46,675 bases of DNA. Source: Pyrinomonadaceae bacterium. GTDB lineage: Bacteria > Acidobacteriota > Blastocatellia > Pyrinomonadales > Pyrinomonadaceae. Location: positions 1 to 46,675 of the forward strand of contig DATEOJ010000205.1 in the NCBI GenBank assembly GCA_035274235.1. Reading direction: 5' to 3'. Both the position numbers and the translations under genes were made by a program. Below are positions 16,680-25,943 of the stretch, piece by piece. The notes under the pieces are model-generated. The model searched no databases. It had not been told where the DNA came from and saw only the letters and a program-made list of their open reading frames with translations. Positions within the stretch are counted from its first letter, which is position 1, and the number at the start of each line of letters is the position of its first letter.

Positions 16680-19600
16680 TCACTTAGCTTGCTTGAGAGG
16701 CATGGAGAGAAGGTGCCCTTGGTAGACAAAGTATGCTTTACCATCGGCGGCATCGACCCACATATCGGTGCTGCTGAAACTGATCTTCGGCAACGTCGCG
16801 AGGGTCTTCATGGTGAATGTCCGTGTATTGAAGATCCCGACGATCGTCTCCTTAGACCTTGGGATCGCCGCCCAGAATTCGAACGGACCAGCCGCGGGTT
16901 GCAATGCCCGCCATTCTTGTTGGGCGATCGGCCGTACCTCGCCGCGGGCGGTGACAACCGTCCCGGTTTCCGGATCGAGCCAGGAGTACTGATTACCAGC
17001 GTCGGCCTCGTCGCTCGGAGCTACGTCAACGTCATACTCCGAGTAATCCTCACGGTAGGGTCCGACAAGCATTCGGTTGATCGAAGGAACGTACGCGATC
17101 GCGCGGATCACTGGTAGTTCGTCGGAATTTATTTCAAGTTCTTTATTCGTAGCGAGATTTACTCTAACCAAACGATCCCCCGAATCATCGTCGTACTTGG
17201 TCGCGACCACCCAGCGACCATTCGGAGTGACGACCGGATCCCGATAGCTGCCCGTCCTGATCTTTGTGAGCTTTCCGTTCGCGAGCTTGAACAGACCTTC
17301 GTCAGAAGCACGGACCTCGACCGTCCCGCTCCGCGCCTTCCACTGGCCCCTACCCGCCGGAACCTTGAAATCATCCTTTGCGGGAATGAATGGTACCTCA
17401 GCCGGCTGACTCGCCGAGCCGCTTAACGCTCCGGACGAAAATGTCTGCCAGGCATAGTTCTCGTATTCACGCCGCGTGCGCTCGGCTTCGCGCTTTACGG
17501 CTATTTCCTCAATGTCAGCGATGTCTGGTTGGTCATTCTCGTCAGGATCTTCGACAAGTTCCTCGATCTGATTATCGATCTCCGTTCGCTGAACTTTGTC
17601 GGCGGTTAGTAATCGGAAGTCCGACCCATTCTTGAAAACGGACATTGCATCGAGCCGATCGTTTGCGAAAACTACCTCGAGACCGGGCACGTCCTTGCTC
17701 GCCCAGTACTTGATCGTTGACGGTGGAACCCGGAGGTCGGCAAACGTGCGTTCGAGTTCGGCGAACAGCGGCGGAAGATTATCGGTCCTGATGTAGACTC
17801 GTCGCCCGCCACTACGCCCGACCATCAGCAGTTGACGACTCACGCACTGAGTACAGGAAAGGAAGGGAGGCAGTTCATCGGCTTTGAAATGGGCGATGAG
17901 GCCTTTGAAGTTGTCGAACTCCTCGGAAGTCAACTGACGTTCTCTATAGCGTGCCGGATCGTCTTCCCAACTGAAGACCGCATGTTCCTTATAGATGTGG
18001 ATGTAGTTCAACTCCCAATTATAAACGCCCAGGAGAGCAGGATCTTTCTTGAGTTCGTCTTGGACGCGCGTCTCGGTAGACTCCGCTTGCTGACGGAAAT
18101 ACTCAGGGACCATCACACTCGAATTCGGAAGCTTGTAATACGGACTAACGGTAGCGAACAATTCCTGGAGCATTCCGATGTCGCCTGCACCCGATAGATC
18201 GTGATTACCGAAAAAGCCGATCGTCGCGCCAAGTATCTTCGCCTCGTTCGGATGGAGCGATAGGACGATCCGCCTGGCCTCGGGTGAGTCTTCAGTTTCG
18301 AGATATCGCTCGGCGGCGTTCGTCAGTAGCGGGTCTTTGCTCCTTAGCAACTCGGCGACTTTCTTGACGGGGAGCTCGGCCCGCACCAGTCGTCCGCACG
18401 CTAGCAGAGCCGTCTTCGCCTCATTGCTTTCTCCATCGAGAATCGCTTCGTAGTCGTTCGGATCTTCGATAAGACACGCGGACACACCGACGGCGATCGG
18501 ACTACCGGTTCGAATTTCGAACAAGCTCGGCATTTGCTTCTCGCGGAGTTCCGCTCGAACAGTAAGCAGTCGGACTATCGACTCCGCAGACGCCTGGTTG
18601 TTCTTTAGATCGGCGAGGAAAAGTAGATTGACGGCCGCGGAGTGCCACCGGGTAACCAGCCGGCGAAGTACAGTCGCGGTCTTCGGATCAGAACGATCGA
18701 GTGAGGTGATTCTGTCGACGATCGCTTGCGCGAGATCTTCCTTAACATCGGTCCGCTGCGCGAGATATGAGCCAAGTGCACTTTTTATATCGAACGCCCC
18801 GGTTCCACCGTCGACGCCAGGCGTTGGATAAGGAAAGTAAAAACGGGAAGGGGCGGAGGCGTTCGCTACCAGATTGGACGCGCCGGCGCTGATGGCAAAA
18901 GAGGCCTCGCTATTCTTAGCAAGACCTTCGATCGCATCGACCTGTTCTGCAAGCGTGAAGCCGCCGCACTCGTAGATCGCCGAGATGAGTCCGGGTGCTT
19001 CGTAAGTAGATTCGACGCTGTTCAGCAGACGTCTCAACGCTGGTACGGCCCGAGGATCTGCCTGATAACCAAGGGCTCCGATCGCGGACGAGCGAAGAGG
19101 ATAATAAGAATGCGAACGCCAGCTTGTGGGGGCTTCTCCATTCGCCGCGTTGCCAGCGGTGTTCGCCATCATCTGAGCTGCAGTCCAAGCCGCATTTGTT
19201 GCGGCATTCGAGGCATTCGAGGCATTGCCATAAACCGGAATTCGCTGCTCCTGTTTCTCATCCAGCGCCGCAATCAAAGCCGGCACGCTCTCGGGCATCT
19301 TGATACGCTGAAGAGCCATGATGAGCTGACTACGATTTCCTTCGTCAGTCGTCAACCACTTCGGATCTTGCAACCACGGCAGCAACGCTCGCACGACATC
19401 GGGATTGTTCGTGTTGAGCCGGTGGGCCAGATTCTTTGCGGCAGCCGTTCGGACGGTTTTGTTGTCGCTCTTAACCAGCTCGACCATCTTGTCGATGTAC
19501 TTCTCGTCAGGAGAGTAGTACATGATCGTCGTCAAACCCGTGTAACTCGTCCCATTGACGCGAAGATCCGCGAGCGTTTCGTCAGATAGCAACGAGTAGT

Positions 19601-20423
19601 ACCACTCGTCGCGACCTTCCCAATCCTTTTCCTTTACTAGCGCGTCGAACGCCAGATCTCGCATCCCGGCGGTTGCGTTCCTGTCTTCAACGACGGCTTT
19701 TAGCTCATCTCGATACCGGCCGATGTCCAATGAGTTGGTGTCGAGCGCGTTCCGATAGAGAGCCCATTGAGCGAGAACACGCGAGACTTTCTGACTGCCG
19801 TTGTATAAACGGTCGACGATCGGACGTGCCCGGTCCCAGTCGACCTGTCCGAGAGCGAGTAGCTCGTCCTGGTTGCTGACATACTCGTTCACATCCGCGA
19901 CGCGTGCGGCCCTGCGCGCAAGATCAGTACTGAAAAACGGACTGTTGTAAGTTAGCCAGCGACGCAACTCCGACCGTCGATTGCGATCACCTTCGTTGGC
20001 AGACGAATATCGGTCGTAGATATCCTTCACCACCTCGCCGGCTTTCTTCGACCCGCGAAAAGCGTTGAGTAACTCAAAAACTTTCTCCGGATCCTTCAAT
20101 ACCTCGGCGAGCAGTCGTTCGACCACCTTGTCTGAAGGTGCCGGATTGTAACCGAGCTCCCGATAGGCCGAACTTTGGGTGCGCCAGTATTCCATCAGGG
20201 CACCGAGCGGAGCATCGTCGGGCGGGGGCTTGCTCTTATTAAAGAAATCCGGCTCGAACTCGCTCGATGAATACGTGACCTGCGGATTCGGCGGCGGCGG
20301 TGCGGGCAAATTAATAAGAAGGACAAGCGGATTCTCCGCGGCGTTTGAAACTGGAAAAAAGAAAACGGAGAGCAGTACCAGAAGCAAGGCACAAAAAAGG
20401 ACTGTTGTGAGAAATCTCTTCAT
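16680..20423 (-). CDS. very large secreted/anchored HEAT-repeat protein with a C-terminal beta-rich region, function unknown
   Basis: ORF 16680..20477 (TTG start) trimmed to ATG 20423 (MKRFLTTVLFCALLLVLLSVFFFPVSNA signal/anchor). PBS-lyase-type HEAT motifs are present (NKTVRTAAAKNLAHRL, ESVPALIAALDE, DPRAVPALRRLL). The start is uncertain. Confidence 0.6.
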   Translation of the reverse strand: MKRFLTTVLFCALLLVLLSVFFFPVSNAAENPLVLLINLPAPPPPNPQVTYSSSEFEPDFFNKSKPPPDDAPLGALMEYWRTQSSAYRELGYNPAPSDKVVERLLAEVLKDPEKVFELLNAFRGSKKAGEVVKDIYDRYSSANEGDRNRRSELRRWLTYNSPFFSTDLARRAARVADVNEYVSNQDELLALGQVDWDRARPIVDRLYNGSQKVSRVLAQWALYRNALDTNSLDIGRYRDELKAVVEDRNATAGMRDLAFDALVKEKDWEGRDEWYYSLLSDETLADLRVNGTSYTGLTTIMYYSPDEKYIDKMVELVKSDNKTVRTAAAKNLAHRLNTNNPDVVRALLPWLQDPKWLTTDEGNRSQLIMALQRIKMPESVPALIAALDEKQEQRIPVYGNASNASNAATNAAWTAAQMMANTAGNAANGEAPTSWRSHSYYPLRSSAIGALGYQADPRAVPALRRLLNSVESTYEAPGLISAIYECGGFTLAEQVDAIEGLAKNSEASFAISAGASNLVANASAPSRFYFPYPTPGVDGGTGAFDIKSALGSYLAQRTDVKEDLAQAIVDRITSLDRSDPKTATVLRRLVTRWHSAAVNLLFLADLKNNQASAESIVRLLTVRAELREKQMPSLFEIRTGSPIAVGVSACLIEDPNDYEAILDGESNEAKTALLACGRLVRAELPVKKVAELLRSKDPLLTNAAERYLETEDSPEARRIVLSLHPNEAKILGATIGFFGNHDLSGAGDIGMLQELFATVSPYYKLPNSSVMVPEYFRQQAESTETRVQDELKKDPALLGVYNWELNYIHIYKEHAVFSWEDDPARYRERQLTSEEFDNFKGLIAHFKADELPPFLSCTQCVSRQLLMVGRSGGRRVYIRTDNLPPLFAELERTFADLRVPPSTIKYWASKDVPGLEVVFANDRLDAMSVFKNGSDFRLLTADKVQRTEIDNQIEELVEDPDENDQPDIADIEEIAVKREAERTRREYENYAWQTFSSGALSGSASQPAEVPFIPAKDDFKVPAGRGQWKARSGTVEVRASDEGLFKLANGKLTKIRTGSYRDPVVTPNGRWVVATKYDDDSGDRLVRVNLATNKELEINSDELPVIRAIAYVPSINRMLVGPYREDYSEYDVDVAPSDEADAGNQYSWLDPETGTVVTARGEVRPIAQQEWRALQPAAGPFEFWAAIPRSKETIVGIFNTRTFTMKTLATLPKISFSSTDMWVDAADGKAYFVYQGHLLSMPLKQAK

Positions 20424-20503
20424 CGCTAGAGGAACGAGCTGCGAACTGAATATCGTATTTTTGTTGGTAAAAAGCAATGAGGATTCCCACGGCGTCTAGA
20501 AAC

Positions 20504-20534
20504 AAAAAGGCCCGCCGAAAAACCGGTCGGGCCT
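20504..20534 (-). terminator. Rho-independent terminator after the Gln/Tyr-rich protein gene
   Basis: The minus strand reads AGGCCCGACCGG-TTTTTC-GGCGGGCCT followed by TTTTTGTTT, 24 nt after the stop at 20558. Confidence 0.7.
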
Positions 20535-20557
20535 GATCGTTGATCTGGTCTGCGGTT

Positions 20558-22306
20558 CTAGCTGCGCAGACTGATCGCACTCGTCATCAGAAGGCTGACA
20601 AGGTCGATGTCGCCGCCCCGGTCGACATAAAACTCATCGTCTCCCTGAAGACCATCGTTGTAGCCCATCTCATAGCCTTCGCTAAAGTATCGCCGACAAT
20701 CGCCGATGCTCGACGAGTAAGGATCGTAGACCGCCTGGTCGTACACATAAGGATCCGAGTAATACTCGTCGCCCCATCCACGCCGGCGGGCTGCCTCGCC
20801 TTCGAGGAGACCCTGATAGTATCCGGTGCTCAAAGAGCGTTGGATCAACTCGGCACCGAGTCCGCCCGAGTAGAGCGTGACCATGTCGTTGTACGGGAAC
20901 GTTGGATATCCAACGTAATCGTACGGGGCACCGTAGTTCGAGTACTGGTCATAACCGTAGTACGCGGCCGGTTCGTAGTACGTGTAGCTCGGTGTATTAC
21001 CAAACGTGTAATACGGTTCCTGATACCTATACTGCGGAATGTAGCCGTAGTAACCGTTGTCGTTATAAGACGTGTAACGCGGATACGGATCGTAATAGCC
21101 AACATTATCGCCATTGGAGAAGAACGCAGCTATCACGCTTCGGAAGAGAAGGCCCTTCCAGTCTAAGCCGCCGCCATACCCGTAATACGGCTGATCGTAA
21201 ACGTACGACCGATAGATCGGGAACGTGTCCGGATAGTAGTAGTCGTACGCCGTATACGCCGGCGTGTACACGTTGTAATAACCGAATCGATCGTAGTCCG
21301 AATAGTCATCGCCGAAATACACGTTCACGGTTCTGGAATCGTAGTAATACGTCTGACCGTTACCGTAGTAGTAAGGCTGAACGTTCGAGTAGTAATACGG
21401 CTGAACATTCGGGACGTAGTTCCAGTCGCGGGTTCGATAGACGTCGCCGAACGATTGCTGGTTCCGAAGGCCCGTATAGTAGCCGAGCTCCTCGCGTTCA
21501 AAGGCCCTGCTATCGAGGCGCTGCTGCTTGTGTTCGAACTTCCGCGAATCGCGATCAAAGCGCTGAGCTCTTACCGCGTCGCCGTACTGTCTCGCGTCAT
21601 TGGTAAAGTCTCGTCGAACCGGACCCATATTGGCATCCGGCTGAACACGTACGCGTTGTTGTCGGTCCGACTGATTCCAGTTACGCGGCTGACGCTCGAC
21701 CTGACGGATATCGCGCTGCTGCATCTGCCGGCGTGCATTCATTTGCTGCTCGCGTTGGTTATTCTGCCATTGCGGCATTTGCTGACGTCGCGCGTTCTGC
21801 TGTTGTTGACGCTGATCCATCTGCTGGCGTCGAGCATTTACCTGCTGCTGGCGCAGGATATTCTGCCCTCGGTCCATCTGCTGACGTCGCGCGTTCTGCT
21901 GTTGCTGGCGTTGGTTGTTCTGCCACTGGTCCATCTGCTGACGTCGCGCGTTTTGCTGCTGGCGCTCGTTGATCTGCCGCTGCTGCATCTGCTGTTGACG
22001 CTGCACGTGAACCTGTTGCTGACGCTGAACCTGCTGTTGTTGCCGCTGCACCTGCATCTGCTGGCGCTGCGCTCCACCACCACCGCCACGATCCTGGCGC
22101 TGCTGAGGTTGCGGTTGCTGTCTGACGTGTCCTTGACCACCACCGCCACCGCCCGTCGGGCGCTGTTGCTGTGCTGGAGGACCGCCACCGCGACCGCCTC
22201 CGCCACCACCGCCTTTGCCCTTACCCTGGGCAAACGAAGACCCGGCGAACAACATCGCAAGAGCGAAAACCGAAATAGCTTTAATAAGAAAAAATTGAGA
22301 TCGCAT
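20558..22306 (-). CDS. secreted low-complexity protein: poly-Gly, Gln/Arg tandem repeats, then a Tyr-rich C-terminal half
   Basis: 582 aa with SD GGGGAGG before ATG 22306 and a signal peptide (ISVFALAMLFAGSSFAQ). Runs of G6-7 are followed by five NARRQQM(D/P)QWQNNQRQQQQ-like units, then a long region rich in YY/YYY (VQPYYYSNVQPYYYGNGQTYYY...). Confidence 0.75.
   Translation of the reverse strand: MRSQFFLIKAISVFALAMLFAGSSFAQGKGKGGGGGGGRGGGPPAQQQRPTGGGGGGQGHVRQQPQPQQRQDRGGGGGAQRQQMQVQRQQQQVQRQQQVHVQRQQQMQQRQINERQQQNARRQQMDQWQNNQRQQQQNARRQQMDRGQNILRQQQVNARRQQMDQRQQQQNARRQQMPQWQNNQREQQMNARRQMQQRDIRQVERQPRNWNQSDRQQRVRVQPDANMGPVRRDFTNDARQYGDAVRAQRFDRDSRKFEHKQQRLDSRAFEREELGYYTGLRNQQSFGDVYRTRDWNYVPNVQPYYYSNVQPYYYGNGQTYYYDSRTVNVYFGDDYSDYDRFGYYNVYTPAYTAYDYYYPDTFPIYRSYVYDQPYYGYGGGLDWKGLLFRSVIAAFFSNGDNVGYYDPYPRYTSYNDNGYYGYIPQYRYQEPYYTFGNTPSYTYYEPAAYYGYDQYSNYGAPYDYVGYPTFPYNDMVTLYSGGLGAELIQRSLSTGYYQGLLEGEAARRRGWGDEYYSDPYVYDQAVYDPYSSSIGDCRRYFSEGYEMGYNDGLQGDDEFYVDRGGDIDLVSLLMTSAISLRS
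21716..21952 (-). repeat. in-frame tandem coding repeats (about 57 nt / 19 aa, 4-5 copies) inside 20558..22306
   Basis: The DNA motif CCATCTGCTGACGTCGCGCGTT(C/T)TGCTG recurs. The protein level shows NARRQQMDQWQNNQRQQQQ / NARRQQMDRGQNILRQQQV / NARRQQMDQRQQQQ / NARRQQMPQWQNNQREQQM / NARRQMQQRD. Confidence 0.75.
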
Positions 22307-22481
22307 ATCGCCTCCCCTATTCGATATCTGCTGAGAAGCAGAGTTGTATACCCGAAAAATTCAGCAATCACCGTTCCGTTTCCGTAAAGTGTTGAACTTC
22401 GACACCGTAAAGAAATGTAAGCGACGATATCGGGTGCTGAAGAGACAATATGCGTCGCGAAAGGGTATATTCGAGAAAATT

Positions 22482-23420
22482 ATGCAGATCAGCGACATTG
22501 AACAGGCTCGCGAGCGTATCGAGCCGTACGTCAAACGCACCCGACTGGAACGCAGCGAGACACTTAGCGAGTATCTGGGAACGAATGTCTACGTGAAGCT
22601 TGAGCTGTTTCAGAAGACAGGGTCGTTCAAAGTTCGAGGAGCATTTAACAAGCTTCTTTCGCAATCCTCTGATCAACTCGCTAACGGTGTTGTCGCGGTC
22701 AGCGGTGGCAATCACGCTCAAGCTGTGGCGTACGCATCAAGTGTGTTGGGTCTCGATGCGATTGTCTTAATGCCGGATTCGACTCCCCAGAATTATGTAG
22801 ATGCGACTCGGGGTTATGGGGCAAAGGTCGAGTTGACGCCGACGATCGCCGACGCGTTCGCGGAGGTCGAGCGTTACAAGTCGGAAGGGCGCGTTTTTGT
22901 TCACCCGTTCGATGATGAAGTCGTGATGGCGGGACAAGGAACACTCGGACTCGAAGTCGTGGAGGACCTGCCGGAGGTGACCGATGTTGTCGTCAGCATC
23001 GGCGGTGGCGGATTGATGAGCGGCGTTTCGTTCGCGATCAAGGAGAGTAAACCCGACGCGAGGGTGTGGGGCGTAGAGACGGTCGGTGCCGATGCGATGT
23101 CCCAGGCACTTGCGGCTGGAGAAATTGTGACGTTGCCTGCGATCACTTCGATTGCGAAGACGCTCGGTGCACCGGCTGTCTCGGCCTCGACGCTCGAAGC
23201 TGCGCAGAAACGCCTAGAGAGCGTGACGGTTGTCACCGATGATGAGGCTGTTCGCGCGCTGCGGTTTATTCTTGAACGATTGAAGGTCCTCACCGAACCT
23301 GCTGCGTCGTGTACGCTCGCGGCAGCGGAGAAGTTGAAAGCGAATTTCGGATCACATGTCGTTCTGATTCTCTGCGGCGGTAACCTCGCGCTCGACGATC
23401 TTTGTTCCTACACAAAATAA
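22482..23420 (+). CDS. PLP-dependent threonine/serine dehydratase (threonine ammonia-lyase family, no ACT domain)
   Basis: Trimmed to ATG 22482 (MQISDIEQARERI). The PLP-lysine motif GSFKVRGAFNK, GGNHAQAVAYAS and the glycine loop SIGGGGLMSG are present. Confidence 0.85.
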   Translation: MQISDIEQARERIEPYVKRTRLERSETLSEYLGTNVYVKLELFQKTGSFKVRGAFNKLLSQSSDQLANGVVAVSGGNHAQAVAYASSVLGLDAIVLMPDSTPQNYVDATRGYGAKVELTPTIADAFAEVERYKSEGRVFVHPFDDEVVMAGQGTLGLEVVEDLPEVTDVVVSIGGGGLMSGVSFAIKESKPDARVWGVETVGADAMSQALAAGEIVTLPAITSIAKTLGAPAVSASTLEAAQKRLESVTVVTDDEAVRALRFILERLKVLTEPAASCTLAAAEKLKANFGSHVVLILCGGNLALDDLCSYTK

Positions 23421-23534
23421 TTTCGCGCACTCTGCAAAATTAATTCGCGCATCTTCGCGCATTTCCGTGCGCACTCCGATTCGATTTTGATAAACTTGTT
23501 GTCGTTATAATCCATTCCAATTCGGAGGACCTTA

Positions 23535-24317
23535 ATGGCAACAGCAAAAAAATCCGCGGCGAAGAAGACCGCGGCGAAGAAACCGGCGGCTAAAAAACCC
23601 GCAGCAAAAAAAGCAGCTGCAAAGAAACCCGCAGCAAAAAAAGTAGCTGCTAAGAAACCGGCAGCAAAGAAGGCGGCGGCAAAGAAACCAGCTGCGAAGA
23701 AACCGGCTGCAAAGAAAGCGTCGGCGAAGAAACCGGTCGCAAAGAAAGCAGCGGCAAAGAAGCCAGCAGCAAAGAAGCCGGCGGCAAAAAAGCCGGCGGC
23801 TAAGAAGGCGACTGCAAAGAAAGCCACGGCGAAAAAGCCCGCGGCGAAAAAGACAGTTGCAAAGAAGCCGGCAGCGAAGAAAACGTCTGCTAAGGCATCG
23901 GTGAAGAAACCGGCGGCGAAGAAAGCAACGGCCGTAAAAGCGAAGACGGCACCGAAGGCCACTGCAAAGAAAGCGCCGGCGAAAAAGACGACACCTGTCG
24001 CTGCAAAGAAGAAGACCACCTCGCCAAAGTCGGCGGCAAAGAAAAAGACTACCGTCGTGAAGACGACGTCCGCTCCAAAGGCGAAGGCTCCCGCTCGACG
24101 TAAGCCGGCAGCTAAAACGATCGTAAGTAAAGCGGTCGAAACGATCACTGAGGTCGCGCAGGGCGCTGCGGCAGGTGCAGCCGTCGGAGCTCTCCACGGC
24201 GTGGCGACGACAGTTGAAGCGATCATCGCTCCGTCAACTCCGGAAGCAGAAACGACAGGCGAGCCTGAAGTGGCATCGTCGGAAACAAGCGAAGAAACAG
24301 AAACGGCGACCAATTAG
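23535..24317 (+). CDS. histone H1-like Lys/Ala-repeat protein with a distinct Ala/Gly/Val-rich and acidic C-terminus
   Basis: 260 aa with SD GGAGGA. About 170 aa of (A)AKKPAAKK repeats are followed by [31 protein letters not shown] and an acidic tail [18 protein letters not shown]. Confidence 0.75.
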   Translation: MATAKKSAAKKTAAKKPAAKKPAAKKAAAKKPAAKKVAAKKPAAKKAAAKKPAAKKPAAKKASAKKPVAKKAAAKKPAAKKPAAKKPAAKKATAKKATAKKPAAKKTVAKKPAAKKTSAKASVKKPAAKKATAVKAKTAPKATAKKAPAKKTTPVAAKKKTTSPKSAAKKKTTVVKTTSAPKAKAPARRKPAAKTIVSKAVETITEVAQGAAAGAAVGALHGVATTVEAIIAPSTPEAETTGEPEVASSETSEETETATN

Positions 24318-24743
24318 GTCGCCGCTCCCACCTTAGCCGGAGTAAATATCTTTAGTCTCGTCTTAACTCACGCGCCGCATTTTCCCGCGTGATATAGAAC
24401 CCGTACACAGGAGATCCTGAAGAGTTTGTCCCCTTCCGGAAGAAGTGGGCCCGCTCGATCTTTTCACCGGCCGGCCACGGTCGTGTCGGGAGTTCCGAAC
24501 TGCGACGCTTACTGAATATAGCCGGCAGCGGAAAACGCGGCTTTCGGATCGGCCTCTCCCAACTATTTGCTCGACTCATTTTACCGTCCATGTTCACCCC
24601 CTTGCCGTAACATTTCAGTACGGTCGATTTCTCCTATTGGCTAATTTCGCAAGCTCCGTTCCACAAAACGCGGGTGCTTCGGGCACGGCACAACGGTTGC
24701 TCAAGGTAACCGCGAATACATTCATATTTTGTGAGGAACGGTG

Positions 24744-25721
24744 ATGATCAAGCAGGTAAAAAGAACAATTCTATTTATGACCCTTCTTGCGGTGGCGACG
24801 CTATCCGCGACTGCGCAAGAAAAAGATAAGTCTGATAAGAAAGCGAGCGGACCGCTAACCAACCCGGTTCTTTGGGAGTCGGTAGACGGTAAAGATCTGG
24901 ACCTCTATAACGGTCCCGGCGGCGAGGCGATGGTGCCTGACGTGAGTCGAGTTGAGTTTATAAAAGAGGAACTGCAGGGACACAACAAGAAGTACCGGAT
25001 CAAGGATGCGAAAGGTCAGGTATGGGTGGCGAAACTTGGTAGCGAAGCACAACCCGAGACGGCGGCAGTTCGTCTGCTCTACGGCCTGGGCTATAAGACG
25101 GAGATCAATTATCTCGTCCCGAAACTCACGATCCCCGGGAAGGGAAGTTTCGATAACGTTCGTCTCGAAGCTCGGCCGGAGAATGTCGAGCGGCTCGATG
25201 AGTGGAAATGGAAAGACAATCCGTTCGCCGGTACGAACGAGCTTCAAGGTCTGAAGATCATGATGGTCTTCTTGAAAAACTGGGACCTGCTCGATCTGCA
25301 GAATAAAGTTCTCCGTGTTGATAACAACGGCAGCATCGAGCATCAGTTCGTTATCAGTGATCTGGGGGCGACGTTTGGAAAACTCGGTAACAACAACCTG
25401 CCGTTCTTTTTCCGTCTCGGACGCAAGACGAACGATCCCGCGACATGGTATGAGGCCGGTTTCGTGAAAGGCGTTGAAGGCGGGATCATCGATTTCGACT
25501 TTAAGGGCAAGGGCAGGGCGATGATGGACGACATCACCATCGCCAACGGACGTTGGCTCGCCGATCGGCTGGAACAGCTTTCCGATAAGGAGCTAACAGA
25601 CGCGTTCCGTGCGGCGAACTATTCGGCCGAGGATATCAAACTTCTAAAGGACGGTTTCAAAGCCCGACTTGCAGAGCTGGAAAAGGTTTCCGGCCGCAGC
25701 AATGTTGCGAACAATAAATAA
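24744..25721 (+). CDS. secreted protein with protein/lipid-kinase-like motifs (tentative)
   Basis: SD GAGGAA precedes ATG 24744 (GTG 24741 is also possible). There is a signal peptide (ILFMTLLAVATLSATAQE). Kinase-like motifs are VWVAKLG (Lys), ETAAVRLLYGLGY (Glu), LKIMMVFLKNWDLLDLQNKVL (catalytic-loop-like D..N) and VISDLGATFG (DFG-like). Naming the fold is inference. Confidence 0.55.
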   Translation: MIKQVKRTILFMTLLAVATLSATAQEKDKSDKKASGPLTNPVLWESVDGKDLDLYNGPGGEAMVPDVSRVEFIKEELQGHNKKYRIKDAKGQVWVAKLGSEAQPETAAVRLLYGLGYKTEINYLVPKLTIPGKGSFDNVRLEARPENVERLDEWKWKDNPFAGTNELQGLKIMMVFLKNWDLLDLQNKVLRVDNNGSIEHQFVISDLGATFGKLGNNNLPFFFRLGRKTNDPATWYEAGFVKGVEGGIIDFDFKGKGRAMMDDITIANGRWLADRLEQLSDKELTDAFRAANYSAEDIKLLKDGFKARLAELEKVSGRSNVANNK

Positions 25722-25746
25722 GCGATCCGTTCGAACAATAGCGAAG

Positions 25747-25780
25747 ATAGCCCGGCCAGTTATGCCGGGCTATTTTGTTC
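25747..25780 (+). terminator. Rho-independent terminator
   Basis: ATAGCCCGGC-CAGTTAT-GCCGGGCTAT followed by TTTGTTCTC, 26 nt after the stop. Confidence 0.75.
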
Positions 25781-25943
25781 TCGGCAGGACGTTTTCGGAA
25801 ATCGGCTGCAACTGGTCGTCCTCTTCCCGCAACTAAACCGCTTGTTTTACGGGTCGAAAAAAAAGCTGACCTCATTGGCTTGCTCAGCGCGGACCGGTAA
25901 AGCAAAATAGAATCACCCTGTTATTCAAAGTAAGGATTTAATA

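Noticed and set aside
21455-22387. 310-aa + ORF and other ORFs overlapping the Gln/Tyr-rich gene
   Set aside because: This is a Leu-rich antisense product of CAG/CTG-rich repeats, with no start context. The minus frame has an SD, a signal peptide and a terminator.
23408-24313. 301-aa and 221-aa minus-strand ORFs ([10 protein letters not shown]..., CRRLLCC...)
   Set aside because: These are antisense or alternate-frame translations of the Lys/Ala repeat gene 23535..24317. Only the + frame has an SD and a biologically familiar composition.
24352-24597. 81-aa minus ORF as a confident CDS
   Set aside because: I recognise no family, and the product is basic and low-information. It is kept only as a question in the findings.
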